A DNA stretch of 64,000 nucleotides, from assembly GCA_963729605.1 (NCBI GenBank), contig CAVSNY010000002.1, forward strand, positions 128,001 through 192,000. Direction: 5' to 3'. A program made the position numbers and the translations under genes. Origin of the DNA: an uncultured Gammaproteobacteria bacterium (lineage in GTDB: Bacteria > Pseudomonadota > Gammaproteobacteria > DRLM01). Shown here piece after piece: positions 1 to 9,188 of this stretch. Within the stretch, counting starts at the first letter, position 1, and each line of letters begins with the position of its first letter. Below the pieces are notes generated by a model, which was not told the DNA's origin, made no database searches, and saw nothing but the letters and a program-made list of their open reading frames with translations.

Positions 1-34
1 ATTACCTTGAAATTATTAAAGCGAGCGCCTTGAT

Positions 35-1489
35 ATGTTGATCTTCGAACATTCCCGTCCCGGACGCCGGGCTTACGCGCAAGCGCCGGCGGCCGTCGAG
101 GCCGCGCCGGCGATACCCGCGCATCTGCGCCGCAAGCGGAGGCCGCTGCTGCCCGAGGTTTCGGAACTGCAAGTGGTGCGGCATTACACCCGTTTGTCGC
201 AAAAGAATTTTTCCATCGACACCCATTTTTATCCGCTGGGTTCGTGCACCATGAAATACAACCCGCGGGCCTGCAACGGGGCGGCCTTGCTGCCGGGTTT
301 CCGCAACCGGCATCCGCTGGCGCCGGAATGCATGGGCCAGGGTTATCTCGCCTGCCTGTATGAATTGCAGGAGATGTTGAAGGACGTCACCGGCATGCGC
401 GGCGTGTCGCTCACGCCGATGGCCGGTTCGCAGGGCGAGTTCGCCGGCGTGGCGATGATCCGCGCCTACCACGACGCGCGCGGCGACACCGCCCGCAGCG
501 AAATCCTGGTGCCCGACGCGGCGCACGGCACCAATCCCGCCACCGCGGTGATGTGCGGCTACACGGTGCGCGAGATTCCCACCGACCGTAACGGCGACGT
601 CGACCTCGCCGCGCTCAAGGCGGCGGTGGGCCCGCATACCGCGGGCATCATGCTCACCAATCCCTCCACCCTCGGGGTGTTCGAACGGCGCATCACCGAG
701 ATCGCGAAAATCGTCCATCAGGCCGGCGGCCTGTTGTATTACGACGGCGCCAATCTCAACGCCATCCTCGGCAAGGTTAAGCCGGGCGACATGGGTTTCG
801 ACGTGGTGCATCTGAATCTGCACAAAACGTTTTCCACGCCCCACGGCGGCGGCGGGCCCGGCGCGGGACCGGTGGGGGTGAGCGAACGCCTGATGCCCTT
901 CCTGCCTTTGCCGCGGGTGGGTTATGACGGCAAGACATACCGTTGGCTGACGGAAAAAGACAGTCCGCAAAGTATCGGCCGCCTGTCGGCGTTCATGGGC
1001 AATGCCGGGGTATTGATCCGCGCCTACGTCTACGCGCGTCTGCTGGGCCGCGAGGGCATGCAGCGCGTGGCGGAATACGCCACCCTCAATGCCAATTATC
1101 TGTTGGCCGAATTCGTGAAGCGCGGTTTCACGCCGGCCTTCCCCGCGCGGCGCGCCACCCACGAATTCATCCTCACCATGAAGGCGCAGGCCAAGGAGCT
1201 GGATGTGAACGCGATGGATTTCGCCAAGCGCCTGCTCGATTACGGCTATCACGCGCCCACCACGTATTTTCCGCTGCTGGTGCCCGAGTGTCTGCTCATC
1301 GAACCCACCGAGACCGAGGCCAAGGAAACCTTGGACGGTTTCGTCGAGGCGATGACCCGGATCCTCCGCGAGGCGGAAGTGGAACCTGAGAAGGTGAAAG
1401 GCGCGCCTTATACCTTGCCGGTGCGGCGCCTGGACGATGTGCGCGCCGCACGCGAACTGGACCTCACCTGGCGGCCGGCCGCCGAATAA
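35..1489 (+). CDS. gcvPB: Glycine dehydrogenase (decarboxylating) subunit 2, glycine cleavage P protein beta subunit
   Basis: 484-aa ORF with [19 protein letters not shown], the PLP-lysine motif [16 protein letters not shown] and IEPTETE. Confidence 0.96.
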   Translation: MLIFEHSRPGRRAYAQAPAAVEAAPAIPAHLRRKRRPLLPEVSELQVVRHYTRLSQKNFSIDTHFYPLGSCTMKYNPRACNGAALLPGFRNRHPLAPECMGQGYLACLYELQEMLKDVTGMRGVSLTPMAGSQGEFAGVAMIRAYHDARGDTARSEILVPDAAHGTNPATAVMCGYTVREIPTDRNGDVDLAALKAAVGPHTAGIMLTNPSTLGVFERRITEIAKIVHQAGGLLYYDGANLNAILGKVKPGDMGFDVVHLNLHKTFSTPHGGGGPGAGPVGVSERLMPFLPLPRVGYDGKTYRWLTEKDSPQSIGRLSAFMGNAGVLIRAYVYARLLGREGMQRVAEYATLNANYLLAEFVKRGFTPAFPARRATHEFILTMKAQAKELDVNAMDFAKRLLDYGYHAPTTYFPLLVPECLLIEPTETEAKETLDGFVEAMTRILREAEVEPEKVKGAPYTLPVRRLDDVRAARELDLTWRPAAE

Positions 1490-1495
1490 GTCGGC

Positions 1496-1858
1496 ATGAA
1501 CAAACCGGGGAATACGGGATTCAAGCGCATCGTTTGCGCCGCGACGTATTCCTTCGCCGGTTTGGCCTGGGCCTGGCGTCACGAGGCCGCCTTTCGTCAG
1601 GAGGTGCTGCTGGTCTTGGTGCTGGCGCCGCTCGGTTGGTACCTTGGCGACGGCGGCGTCGAGCGGGCGCTGCTGCTGGGTGTGTTGCTGCTGGTGCTGA
1701 TGGCCGAGTTGATCAATTCGGCGCTGGAGGCGGTGGTGGATCGTTTCGGCCACGAGCAACACCCACTCTCCAAGGCGGCGAAGGACATGGGGTCGGCGGC
1801 GGTGCTGGTCGCCTTGGTGAACGCGGCGGTGGTGTGGACGCTGGTGTTGACGGGATGA
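1496..1858 (+). CDS. dgkA: Diacylglycerol kinase (DgkA family)
   Basis: 120-aa membrane protein with HEAAFRQE, ELINSALEAVVD and AKDMGSAAV. Confidence 0.95.
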   Translation: MNKPGNTGFKRIVCAATYSFAGLAWAWRHEAAFRQEVLLVLVLAPLGWYLGDGGVERALLLGVLLLVLMAELINSALEAVVDRFGHEQHPLSKAAKDMGSAAVLVALVNAAVVWTLVLTG

Positions 1859-1915
1859 AGGCGTTTGGCGAGCGCTGATGAAGATGAGCCGCCTAGCCCC
1901 CGTGTAAAAATAAAC

Positions 1916-2037
1916 GCAGGGCGGGTTCGCGCGGCGTGACCCACCGGCGCGCGCCGGCAGGCGCTCTTTGGAATCACTTTAGAGGCGCTACGCGGCGGCT
2001 GGCCGGGTACGCCGCTGACGCGGCGCATCCGCCCTGC
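1916..2037. repeat. Degenerate REP-like inverted doublet
   Basis: GCAGGGCGGGTTCGCGCGGCGTGACCCACC (1916-1945) faces an inverted, diverged copy ending CATCCGCCCTGC (2037). It resembles GTAGGGCGG-type REP palindromes. Confidence 0.5.
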
Positions 2038-2162
2038 ATTGATATAAAGGCGGTCGAGAAATTTCCGCCTCACATTAATTTGCCGCTTTGCGGCACGATA
2101 TCGTTATCGTTTGTCGATGGTGGGCCTCGCCGCGACAGCGTCACAACTTACTGGAGATGTTC

Positions 2163-3095
2163 ATGTCCGCACTGATTTGTGGTTCCTTCGCCTTCGATAC
2201 CATCATGGTGTTTAACGATCAGTTCAAGAACCACATCCTGCCCGACAAGGTGCATATTCTGAATGTGTCGTTCATGGTGCCGGAGCTGCGCCGCGAGTTC
2301 GGCGGTTGCGCTGGAAATATCGCTTACGGTCTGAAGATGCTGGGCGGTGATCCGTTGCCGATGGGCACGGTGGGTAAGGATTTCGGCGCCTACGCGCAGT
2401 GGTTGCGCGATGGCGGTATTCGCCTCGACCACATCAAGACCATCGACTCGGCTTACACCGCCCAGGCCTTCATCACCACCGATATGGACGCCAATCAGAT
2501 CACCGCTTTTCATCCCGGCGCCATGAGCTACGCCCACGAAAATCGCGTGACGGACGCCGCGGGCGTGAAGCTCGGCATCATTTCGCCGGACGGCCGGCAG
2601 GGCATGGTGGAACACGCCGCGCAATTCGCCGAGGCCGGCATTCCGTTCATCTTCGACCCCGGCCAGGGCATGCCGATGTTCGACGGCGACGATTTGCTGC
2701 GTTTCATCGAGCAGGCCAGTTGGGTGACGGTGAATGATTACGAGGCGCAGTTGTTACAGGAGCGCACCCGCTTGTCGCCCCATGAAATCGCCGAACGGGT
2801 GGAGGCCTTGGTGGTGACCCTGGGCGCGGGCGGTTCGCGCATCTACACCCGGGGTCGCCGCATCGACATTGCTTCCGCCACGCCGGACAAGGTGGTGGAT
2901 CCCACCGGTTGCGGCGACGCCTATCGTGCCGGACTGCTCTACGGGCTGCTGAATGAAATGGATTTGGAAACCACCGGCCGCATCGCCTCGCTGATGGGCG
3001 CGATGAAGATCGAACGCCACGGTACTCAGAACTATCAATTCACCCGCGATGAATTCAAGCTGCGTTTTAAAGACAGCTACGGTTATTCTTTTTAA
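2163..3095 (+). CDS. PfkB-family carbohydrate/nucleoside kinase (adenosine kinase-like)
   Basis: FGGCAGNIAY and DPTGCGDAYRAG PfkB signatures. ATG 2163 follows a GGAG RBS at 2153-2156. Confidence 0.9.
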   Translation: MSALICGSFAFDTIMVFNDQFKNHILPDKVHILNVSFMVPELRREFGGCAGNIAYGLKMLGGDPLPMGTVGKDFGAYAQWLRDGGIRLDHIKTIDSAYTAQAFITTDMDANQITAFHPGAMSYAHENRVTDAAGVKLGIISPDGRQGMVEHAAQFAEAGIPFIFDPGQGMPMFDGDDLLRFIEQASWVTVNDYEAQLLQERTRLSPHEIAERVEALVVTLGAGGSRIYTRGRRIDIASATPDKVVDPTGCGDAYRAGLLYGLLNEMDLETTGRIASLMGAMKIERHGTQNYQFTRDEFKLRFKDSYGYSF

Positions 3096-3160
3096 GTTCT
3101 GACTTTAGGGCAGTTGTGATTCATTCAGCGCTTCCCGCGGCGTACGGATGCGCCGCCGTT

Positions 3161-3252
3161 CTCAATGGCGCTAGCCGCGGCAGACGAAGGAAAGCGAAAA
3201 TCACATAGGCGCTTTTCCGCGCGCTGAAAATTTCAGGATGGAATTATCAGCG
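3161..3252 (+). repeat. Copy A (most decayed) of a ~95-nt dispersed triple-hairpin intergenic element
   Basis: Shares TCAATGGC, GAAGGAAAGCGAAAATC and GAAAATT.CAGGATGGAATT with 25191-25283 (+) and 34001-34098 (-). Confidence 0.75.
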
Positions 3253-3363
3253 ATTCTCCCAGATACGCCGCGTGCAAGAATGCCTCTCCCTGCTCCGCTC
3301 ACTTATGATCGGGAAAAACAAAAAGCCAGGGAATCTTTGACTAATTCAGAGCTTCCCCGGGTT

Positions 3364-5022
3364 TCAGTTGAGGGTGTGTTCGGCGGAACGGCGGTGGTTC
3401 CACTGCGAGGCGCCGTAGAACCAGGGGGCAAAATCTTCCCCGCGCAACGGGTAATTGATGTGATACCCCTGCATGGCGTCGCAGCCGCGTTGTTTCAGGA
3501 GTTCCAGGGTCGCCGCATTTTCCACGCCCTCGGCGATCACCTGCAGACCCAGATTGTGGCCGAGGTCGATGGTGGCCTTGACGATGATGGCGTCGTTCTC
3601 GTTTTCGAGCATGTCCAGTACGAAACTCTTGTCGATCTTCAAATGGCTCACCGGCAGTTTCTTCAAATAGGAGAGTGAAGAATAACCGGTGCCGAAGTCG
3701 TCGATGGCGATCCGCACGCCCATGTCGGCGAAACGGCCGAGGATGTGCAGCGCGAGTTCCTGATCGAACATGATGCTGGATTCGGTGATTTCGAGGGTGA
3801 GCCGGTGCGGCGGGAGGTCGTAGGCCGCGATGAGGCCGGTGACTTGATCGGGAAATTCGGGATCGAGCAGGGTTTGCGCCGAAATGTTCACGGCGATGCC
3901 GACGTCGAGGCCGATCGCCCGCCATGCCGCCTGCTGAATCAGCGCGTGTTTGAAGACCCATTGGGTGATCGGATAAATGAGTCCGGTGCGTTCCGCCATG
4001 GGGATGAATTCATCGGGGGTCATGGTGCCGTGGACTTTGTGATCCCAGCGTACCAGCACTTCCACCTCGTGCACGCCGTTGGTGCGGTTGCTGACGATGG
4101 GTTGAAAACGCAAAGACAGTTCGTCGTTTTTGATGGCCTCACGCAGCTCGCTCATCAAGGTGAGGCGGTGGGGACTTTGTTGGTCGAGTTTTTCCGAATA
4201 GAGCACGAAGCTTTTTTTCTCCTGCTTGGCGGCGTACATCGCCACGTCGGTGCGTTGCAGCAGGGTGTCGGCGTCGGTGCCGTGTTCGGGAAACAGCGCC
4301 GCGCCGATGCTGGCCTCCACGTCTATCTTCAAACTGTCCAGCGTATAAGGTGGCGCGAGGGCGTTTTGAATCTTGTTTACCACGGTATGGACATCTTTGA
4401 GCGAGGTAAGCGGGTTGAGAATGATCGCGAATTCGTCACCGCCGAGCCGGGCCAGGGTATCGGCCTCGCGCACCACGTGTTTGAGCCGGTTCGCCACGTG
4501 TTTCAGTAACCGGTCGCCCTGATAATGGCCGAGGGTTTCATTGATGTCTTTAAAATGGTTGAGGTCGAGCAATAACACCGCCAACGCGCGTTTTTCGCGT
4601 TGCGCGCTGTGGATGGCCTGTTGCAGGCGATCGCGCAGCAAGACCCGGTTGGGCAGATCGGTGAGCGCGTCGTGCGTGGCGTCGTGCATGGCCTGGTATT
4701 CCAGCGCGGTGGTCTTGGTGCGCAGGTCCTGGGTTTGGTCGATCACCATCGCGCCGGCTTCGTAGGCGATCACCGAGCTGACGTATTGGCCCCAGAAGGC
4801 GAAAATAAACGGCATGAGATCCAAGGCCCACAAGGCCACGTTGCCGCGTTGCGCGGCGATGATGCCTTCGAGGGTGACTTCGCCGTAATTGATGAAGCTG
4901 ATCAGGATGGACGCGACCACGATGGCGCCCACCGCGATGGCGACGCCGTAGATCGCGGGCCGGGTGGCCTTGCCCTTCAGCAGGCGGACGTTGTCGCTGA
5001 GAATCTGACTGATAGGCATCAT
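3364..5022 (-). CDS. Membrane-anchored GGDEF-EAL diguanylate cyclase/phosphodiesterase
   Basis: Two N-terminal hydrophobic segments, HDALTDLPNR, RLGGDEF, EVLVRW, IDDFGTGYSSL and IAEGVE. Confidence 0.93.
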   Translation of the reverse strand: MMPISQILSDNVRLLKGKATRPAIYGVAIAVGAIVVASILISFINYGEVTLEGIIAAQRGNVALWALDLMPFIFAFWGQYVSSVIAYEAGAMVIDQTQDLRTKTTALEYQAMHDATHDALTDLPNRVLLRDRLQQAIHSAQREKRALAVLLLDLNHFKDINETLGHYQGDRLLKHVANRLKHVVREADTLARLGGDEFAIILNPLTSLKDVHTVVNKIQNALAPPYTLDSLKIDVEASIGAALFPEHGTDADTLLQRTDVAMYAAKQEKKSFVLYSEKLDQQSPHRLTLMSELREAIKNDELSLRFQPIVSNRTNGVHEVEVLVRWDHKVHGTMTPDEFIPMAERTGLIYPITQWVFKHALIQQAAWRAIGLDVGIAVNISAQTLLDPEFPDQVTGLIAAYDLPPHRLTLEITESSIMFDQELALHILGRFADMGVRIAIDDFGTGYSSLSYLKKLPVSHLKIDKSFVLDMLENENDAIIVKATIDLGHNLGLQVIAEGVENAATLELLKQRGCDAMQGYHINYPLRGEDFAPWFYGASQWNHRRSAEHTLN

Positions 5023-5240
5023 GGGTTATAGGATCTCCGTTCCGATTGCCAACGCCGGCTAAGTTCCTCTGGCGTGCGTGCCTCCAACATCCTTATTGGA
5101 GCACTGCGTATGGCCGGCGATGAGGCGCCAGTATACTCCGCGACTTCGCCGCTGCGAAGTTGTATCTTTGGTCCACGAAAAGCGTTACGAATCGATGCGG
5201 CAATGTCGCCGCGCGGCGACTGCGCGCGAAACGCCGTCCC

Positions 5241-6662
5241 TCAATTCCGGGATGACGGATCGTCATTGCGTTCGTTGACGCCGTGCCTGCGGCGCTTGGG
5301 CAAGATCACGTCGAAGATCACGCCGGCCAGGGCGTGGACGTGAGAGACGCGGAAGATCAAACCGCTCACCGACATGGGCGGCACTTCGCGCACCTCGCGC
5401 AATTGTGGGATGAAGGTGAGCGCGACGATCAGTCGCGCGAGCGACGAAATCAAAAAGACGCCCAATAAGACGCTGCCCCAGCGATACGTCTCGCCGCCCA
5501 GGGTGAGCTGGTCGGGCAGGATCATGCCCAAATAACCGCCGAGCAGTGCGCCGAGAAACACGCCGACGCCCATCAAGACGTTGTGATAGGCCACATAGGT
5601 GGCGCGCTTGGGGCTGGGGACCAGATCGTAGATGAAATTGCCGGCGCTCAAACTGAAACCCGCCCATATCAATCCGCCGAAGGCCTGCACCGCCAGCAGA
5701 TACCAGTAGTCGGTGGAGAACAACCACAGGACGGGCAGTAAAGGAATGATCAATCCGGTGGCGGCGAGTATCAGACGATTGCCGAAGAGGTCGCTGATGC
5801 GCCCCCACATGGTGAGCGTGAGAAATTGCGCCAGCACCGAGGCGGCGGTGTTGGCCATGAACATCAGATAGGTGAAATGCAGATCGCGCAACATGTAGAC
5901 CGTGAAAAACGGCGAGGCGATCGCCACCGAGAACTGCATGAAGGCGTAGAACAGCGAGAAACGCGCGAAGGCCGAGTGGCGGGCGCGCCGCAATAAATCC
6001 CGCGGCGCGGGCAGGTCGAACAGCGCGCCGGTGCGCGGCGGGTCGTACATGCGGCGCAGGTGGTGCGCCGACACCAGGCGCGCCACGGCGGCGATGGTGA
6101 AAATGGTCAGGTAACCGGCGATGGTGAGGGCGTTGCTGTCGAACACATGCAAAATCACGCCGCCGGCGATGAGGGCGATAAACGACATGACACTCGCCAC
6201 CCGGGTGCGCAGCGCGAAGAAACGGCCGCGGGTCTGTTCCGGCACCAGGTCGCCCATCATGCTGCTCCACTGCGGCGTGGCCAGATGGCCCGCGGCGTGG
6301 TAGACGATGACACTGGCGATCAGCAGGGGTACGGCATAGGCGGGGAACAACAGCGGCAATAACATCAGCGGCAGCCAGGCCGCGGCCTGCAGGTACACGC
6401 CGGCGAGGATGAGGGGTTTGCGGATACCTCGGCGGTGTCCCCACCAGGCCGACAGCAATTGCATGAACGAGCCCAGCAGCGGCGGCAGCGACGACAACAG
6501 CGCCACCTGGGCGGTGCTGGCCTTGAGGAAGACAGCGAAGGCGGAGAAATAGGTTTCGCCGGCGCCGGTCATCACCGAATACGCGGCGGCGTCGCGCACC
6601 GAATGGTGCAGCGAACGCTCGACGACCGGATCCGGGGCTGAGGTTGAAGTACGTTCCGACAC
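5241..6662 (-). CDS. MFS transporter
   Basis: 473-aa ORF with about 12 hydrophobic helices and WGRISDLFGNR (MFS motif A-like). GTG start. Confidence 0.85.
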   Translation of the reverse strand: MSERTSTSAPDPVVERSLHHSVRDAAAYSVMTGAGETYFSAFAVFLKASTAQVALLSSLPPLLGSFMQLLSAWWGHRRGIRKPLILAGVYLQAAAWLPLMLLPLLFPAYAVPLLIASVIVYHAAGHLATPQWSSMMGDLVPEQTRGRFFALRTRVASVMSFIALIAGGVILHVFDSNALTIAGYLTIFTIAAVARLVSAHHLRRMYDPPRTGALFDLPAPRDLLRRARHSAFARFSLFYAFMQFSVAIASPFFTVYMLRDLHFTYLMFMANTAASVLAQFLTLTMWGRISDLFGNRLILAATGLIIPLLPVLWLFSTDYWYLLAVQAFGGLIWAGFSLSAGNFIYDLVPSPKRATYVAYHNVLMGVGVFLGALLGGYLGMILPDQLTLGGETYRWGSVLLGVFLISSLARLIVALTFIPQLREVREVPPMSVSGLIFRVSHVHALAGVIFDVILPKRRRHGVNERNDDPSSRN

Positions 6663-6856
6663 AAACCTTTCCTGCGCGGCCGCCCGCCGTCATGATGGGT
6701 GCCGCAATGAACGCCACGATAGTATGATGTGACCAACAGGCCGCAAGCCGGTGGTCATTGTACTCCCAAGCCCGGCGCCGCGTTATGCGCCGCCGCGCTT
6801 GCATGAAGGCATGATTATGCGAGGAATTCCCGCCGGGCTGTCGGGGAAGGTGTGGT

Positions 6857-6978
6857 TAGAACTATCTCAAAATTGATTTTAAGCGTATTCGCCCCCTATG
6901 ACGCCTATGAACATTGATTATTTCCCGAGAAATACGGATAGGGAGCGCAAACGGTTCCCAGTTTTGGGATAGGTTCTA
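6857..6978. mobile_element. Putative MITE with IS5-like terminal inverted repeats
   Basis: Left end TAGAACTATCTCAAAA (6857-6872). The right end reverse-complements to TAGAACCTATCCCAAAA (6962-6978). AT-rich interior, no ORF, TA at both outer ends. Confidence 0.6.
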
Positions 6979-7036
6979 TTAAAACAGGCATTGACCAAGC
7001 CTCATGTCTGGGGTCTACGCCATGGTTTTTTCAGCA

Positions 7037-7075
7037 CCCTCTCCCGCGGGCGGGAGAGGGTTGGGGTGAGGGGGG
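7037..7075. repeat. BoxC-like palindromic repeat
   Basis: CCCTCTCCC-GCGGGC-GGGAGAGGG hairpin followed by TTGGGGTGAGGGGGG, matching the widespread CCCTCACCC...CCCTCTCCC intergenic repeat pattern. Confidence 0.6.
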
Positions 7076-7197
7076 ATTAACGATCATCTCCCTTCCTTGT
7101 TCACTTGTGGAAGAGGGAGCGTACTCGCGGGCTTTTCGTGCCTCTCGGTAGGCGAGGCGTGGTTTGTATGGTTCTTATGTAACAGGGGAGAGGCGAT

Positions 7198-7680
7198 ATG
7201 CCGTCATTCGACGTGGTATCGGAAGTGGATATGCACGAGGTGAGCAACGGGGTGGACCAGGCCAACCGCGAGGTGGGCACCCGTTTCGATTTCAAGGGCA
7301 GCAACGCCCGTTATGACCGCAACGAGGCCGAGATCACCTTGCACGCGCAGAGCGATTTTCAGCTCAAGCAGATGCTGGAAATCCTCAAGGACAAGCTGGT
7401 GCGCCGCAGTGTGGACATCGCCTGTCTGGAGATCAAAGACCCCGAGCTGTCCGGCAAGGAGGCGCGCCAGGTGGTGATCCTGCGCCAGGGTTTGGACGCC
7501 GCGCTATGTCGCGAGGTCGTCAAACTCATCAAGGACGCCAAACTCAAGGTCCAGGCCGCGATCCAGGGTGAAAAAGTGCGGGTGACCGGTAAAAAACGCG
7601 ACGACTTGCAGGAGGTGATCGCCCTCTTGCGCGGCGCCAAACTGGCGATGCCGCTCCAGTTCAACAATTTTCGGGATTGA
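7198..7680 (+). CDS. yajQ: YajQ-family nucleotide/c-di-GMP-binding protein
   Basis: [10 protein letters not shown] start, [18 protein letters not shown] and C-terminal LQFNNFRD. Confidence 0.96.
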   Translation: MPSFDVVSEVDMHEVSNGVDQANREVGTRFDFKGSNARYDRNEAEITLHAQSDFQLKQMLEILKDKLVRRSVDIACLEIKDPELSGKEARQVVILRQGLDAALCREVVKLIKDAKLKVQAAIQGEKVRVTGKKRDDLQEVIALLRGAKLAMPLQFNNFRD

Positions 7681-7839
7681 ATGGAAATACGCCGGCCGCG
7701 CGAATTGCCTGTTTTGATGCGGTCGGCCACCGCCCCTCACCCTGACGGCGCGCGCCTGCCTGCCGGTGAAGGGAAATTTTCAGCGGCGGATGGGTGATCA
7801 TGTTCGCCATGCTCGAAATCGCCGTCGAGATGGATTTGG

Positions 7840-9186
7840 TTACTCGGCCGTGTCCGCTTCCAGTTTGCCCACGAAACGGATGGTGTCGAAGCGGCGCTGC
7901 AATTGTTTGCTGAAGAAGTCCCGCATCAATATCCCTTCGCTGTAACGCACGCGGTCGCCGGTCCGAAACTCCATGCGGCCGGCGGCCAGCCATTCGCGGC
8001 CGTCGCCGTCGTCCACTTCCAGATAAATGTAGGTGCCGCCGTCCAGCGCCTCGGTAATCACCCCGGCGTGAGGGAGCTGCACGCGTTGGACGGGCACCGG
8101 CGCCGTGCCGCTCTTTTCTGAATTCAATGCCGCGCGCAGATCGCCTTGCGCATCGAAGGCGGCGACGAACGCGCTGTTGAAATAACCGTCTTGATTGGTC
8201 CCGCCGATCACGTAGAGCCGGTCGCGGACCACCAGCGCGCCGAAGTCGGCGAGAGGCAACGGCAGCGGCGTGGTTGCGCGCCAGGGTCCCGGCGCGCCGT
8301 CCGCGCCGTCCGCGCCGACGGCGCTGGTTTCGATGACGTCGTAAAAAGTGGCGCCGCTCAAACCGCCGAGGGTGTAAAGCCGGCCGCCGTGCGCGAGCGC
8401 GCTCAGACCATAACGGCCGTGTTGCAAGTCCGGTGCGTTTCGCCATTCGGCATCGCCATCGTCTTGCCGGAGCGCGCGCCATTCCACCGCGGTTTCACCG
8501 CCGCCGCCCTGCTGGGCGTGGCCGCCGGCGATATAAATGTGGTCGGCGGTTTGCGCCGCGCCGTGGATGTAACGGGGGATGGTCAAGGTTTGATCGAGCA
8601 GTTCCCACGCGCCGAGACTGCCGTCCTTGTGTATGCGCGCGCGTTCCACGCTGTCGAGCAGGGCGCCGCTGTAGCCACCGAAGGCGTAGAGGTAATCGCC
8701 GATCACCGCCACCTTGGCGCAACGGCGCGGCAGCCGCAGCGGCTGCGGTTCGGGTTGCCAGGGACCGAGCGCGCCGTCGGCGAGTATCGCCGCGCGTTCC
8801 ACGCTGCGTAATAGCGTGCTGCCGTTGGGGCCGTTGCCGCCGCCTACCGCGTAGATGAAATCGTTATGGGCCGCCACGCCGAAGAAACCGCGCGCCTCAT
8901 TCATCGCGCTGCCGGCGCGCCAGGCGGCGAGCGTGCCGTCGGCCTGCAACGCGGTGTACTCGCTGGTGTTCAAAAAACGCACGCCGTCCACGCCGCCGAC
9001 GGCATACAACATCCCGTTGACGGCGAGCACGCCCGCGCCGGCCCGCGCGGTGATCAACGGCGCGGTTTCTTGCCAGGCTTGGGTCGTGGCCTGGCCGGCG
9101 GTGACATTCATCATCAGCCCCAGGGCCAGCATCAGCAGCAGGGGCCGGTGAGTTTTGATACCCGCCTTGTGTGGTAAATGGTACAT
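7840..9186 (-). CDS. Exported Kelch-repeat (beta-propeller) protein with a C-terminal NrfJ-like domain
   Basis: ATG 9186 lies 2 nt after the YyaL stop. Signal-like N-terminus, six repeats with Y-x-x-GG and G-x-L-G-x-W, and a C-terminal GTYIYLEV...WLAA...GDRV...MRDFFSKQLQRRFDTIRFV segment. Confidence 0.8.
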   Translation of the reverse strand: MYHLPHKAGIKTHRPLLLMLALGLMMNVTAGQATTQAWQETAPLITARAGAGVLAVNGMLYAVGGVDGVRFLNTSEYTALQADGTLAAWRAGSAMNEARGFFGVAAHNDFIYAVGGGNGPNGSTLLRSVERAAILADGALGPWQPEPQPLRLPRRCAKVAVIGDYLYAFGGYSGALLDSVERARIHKDGSLGAWELLDQTLTIPRYIHGAAQTADHIYIAGGHAQQGGGGETAVEWRALRQDDGDAEWRNAPDLQHGRYGLSALAHGGRLYTLGGLSGATFYDVIETSAVGADGADGAPGPWRATTPLPLPLADFGALVVRDRLYVIGGTNQDGYFNSAFVAAFDAQGDLRAALNSEKSGTAPVPVQRVQLPHAGVITEALDGGTYIYLEVDDGDGREWLAAGRMEFRTGDRVRYSEGILMRDFFSKQLQRRFDTIRFVGKLEADTAE

Positions 9187-9188
9187 GG

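Noticed and set aside
2-1762. 586-aa minus-strand ORF
   Set aside because: Antisense shadow of gcvPB/dgkA caused by high GC at third codon positions. No recognisable motifs.
8294-8319. 9-bp tandem repeat encoding GADGADGA in the Kelch gene
   Set aside because: In-frame loop expansion of under three units, with no sign of phase variation.
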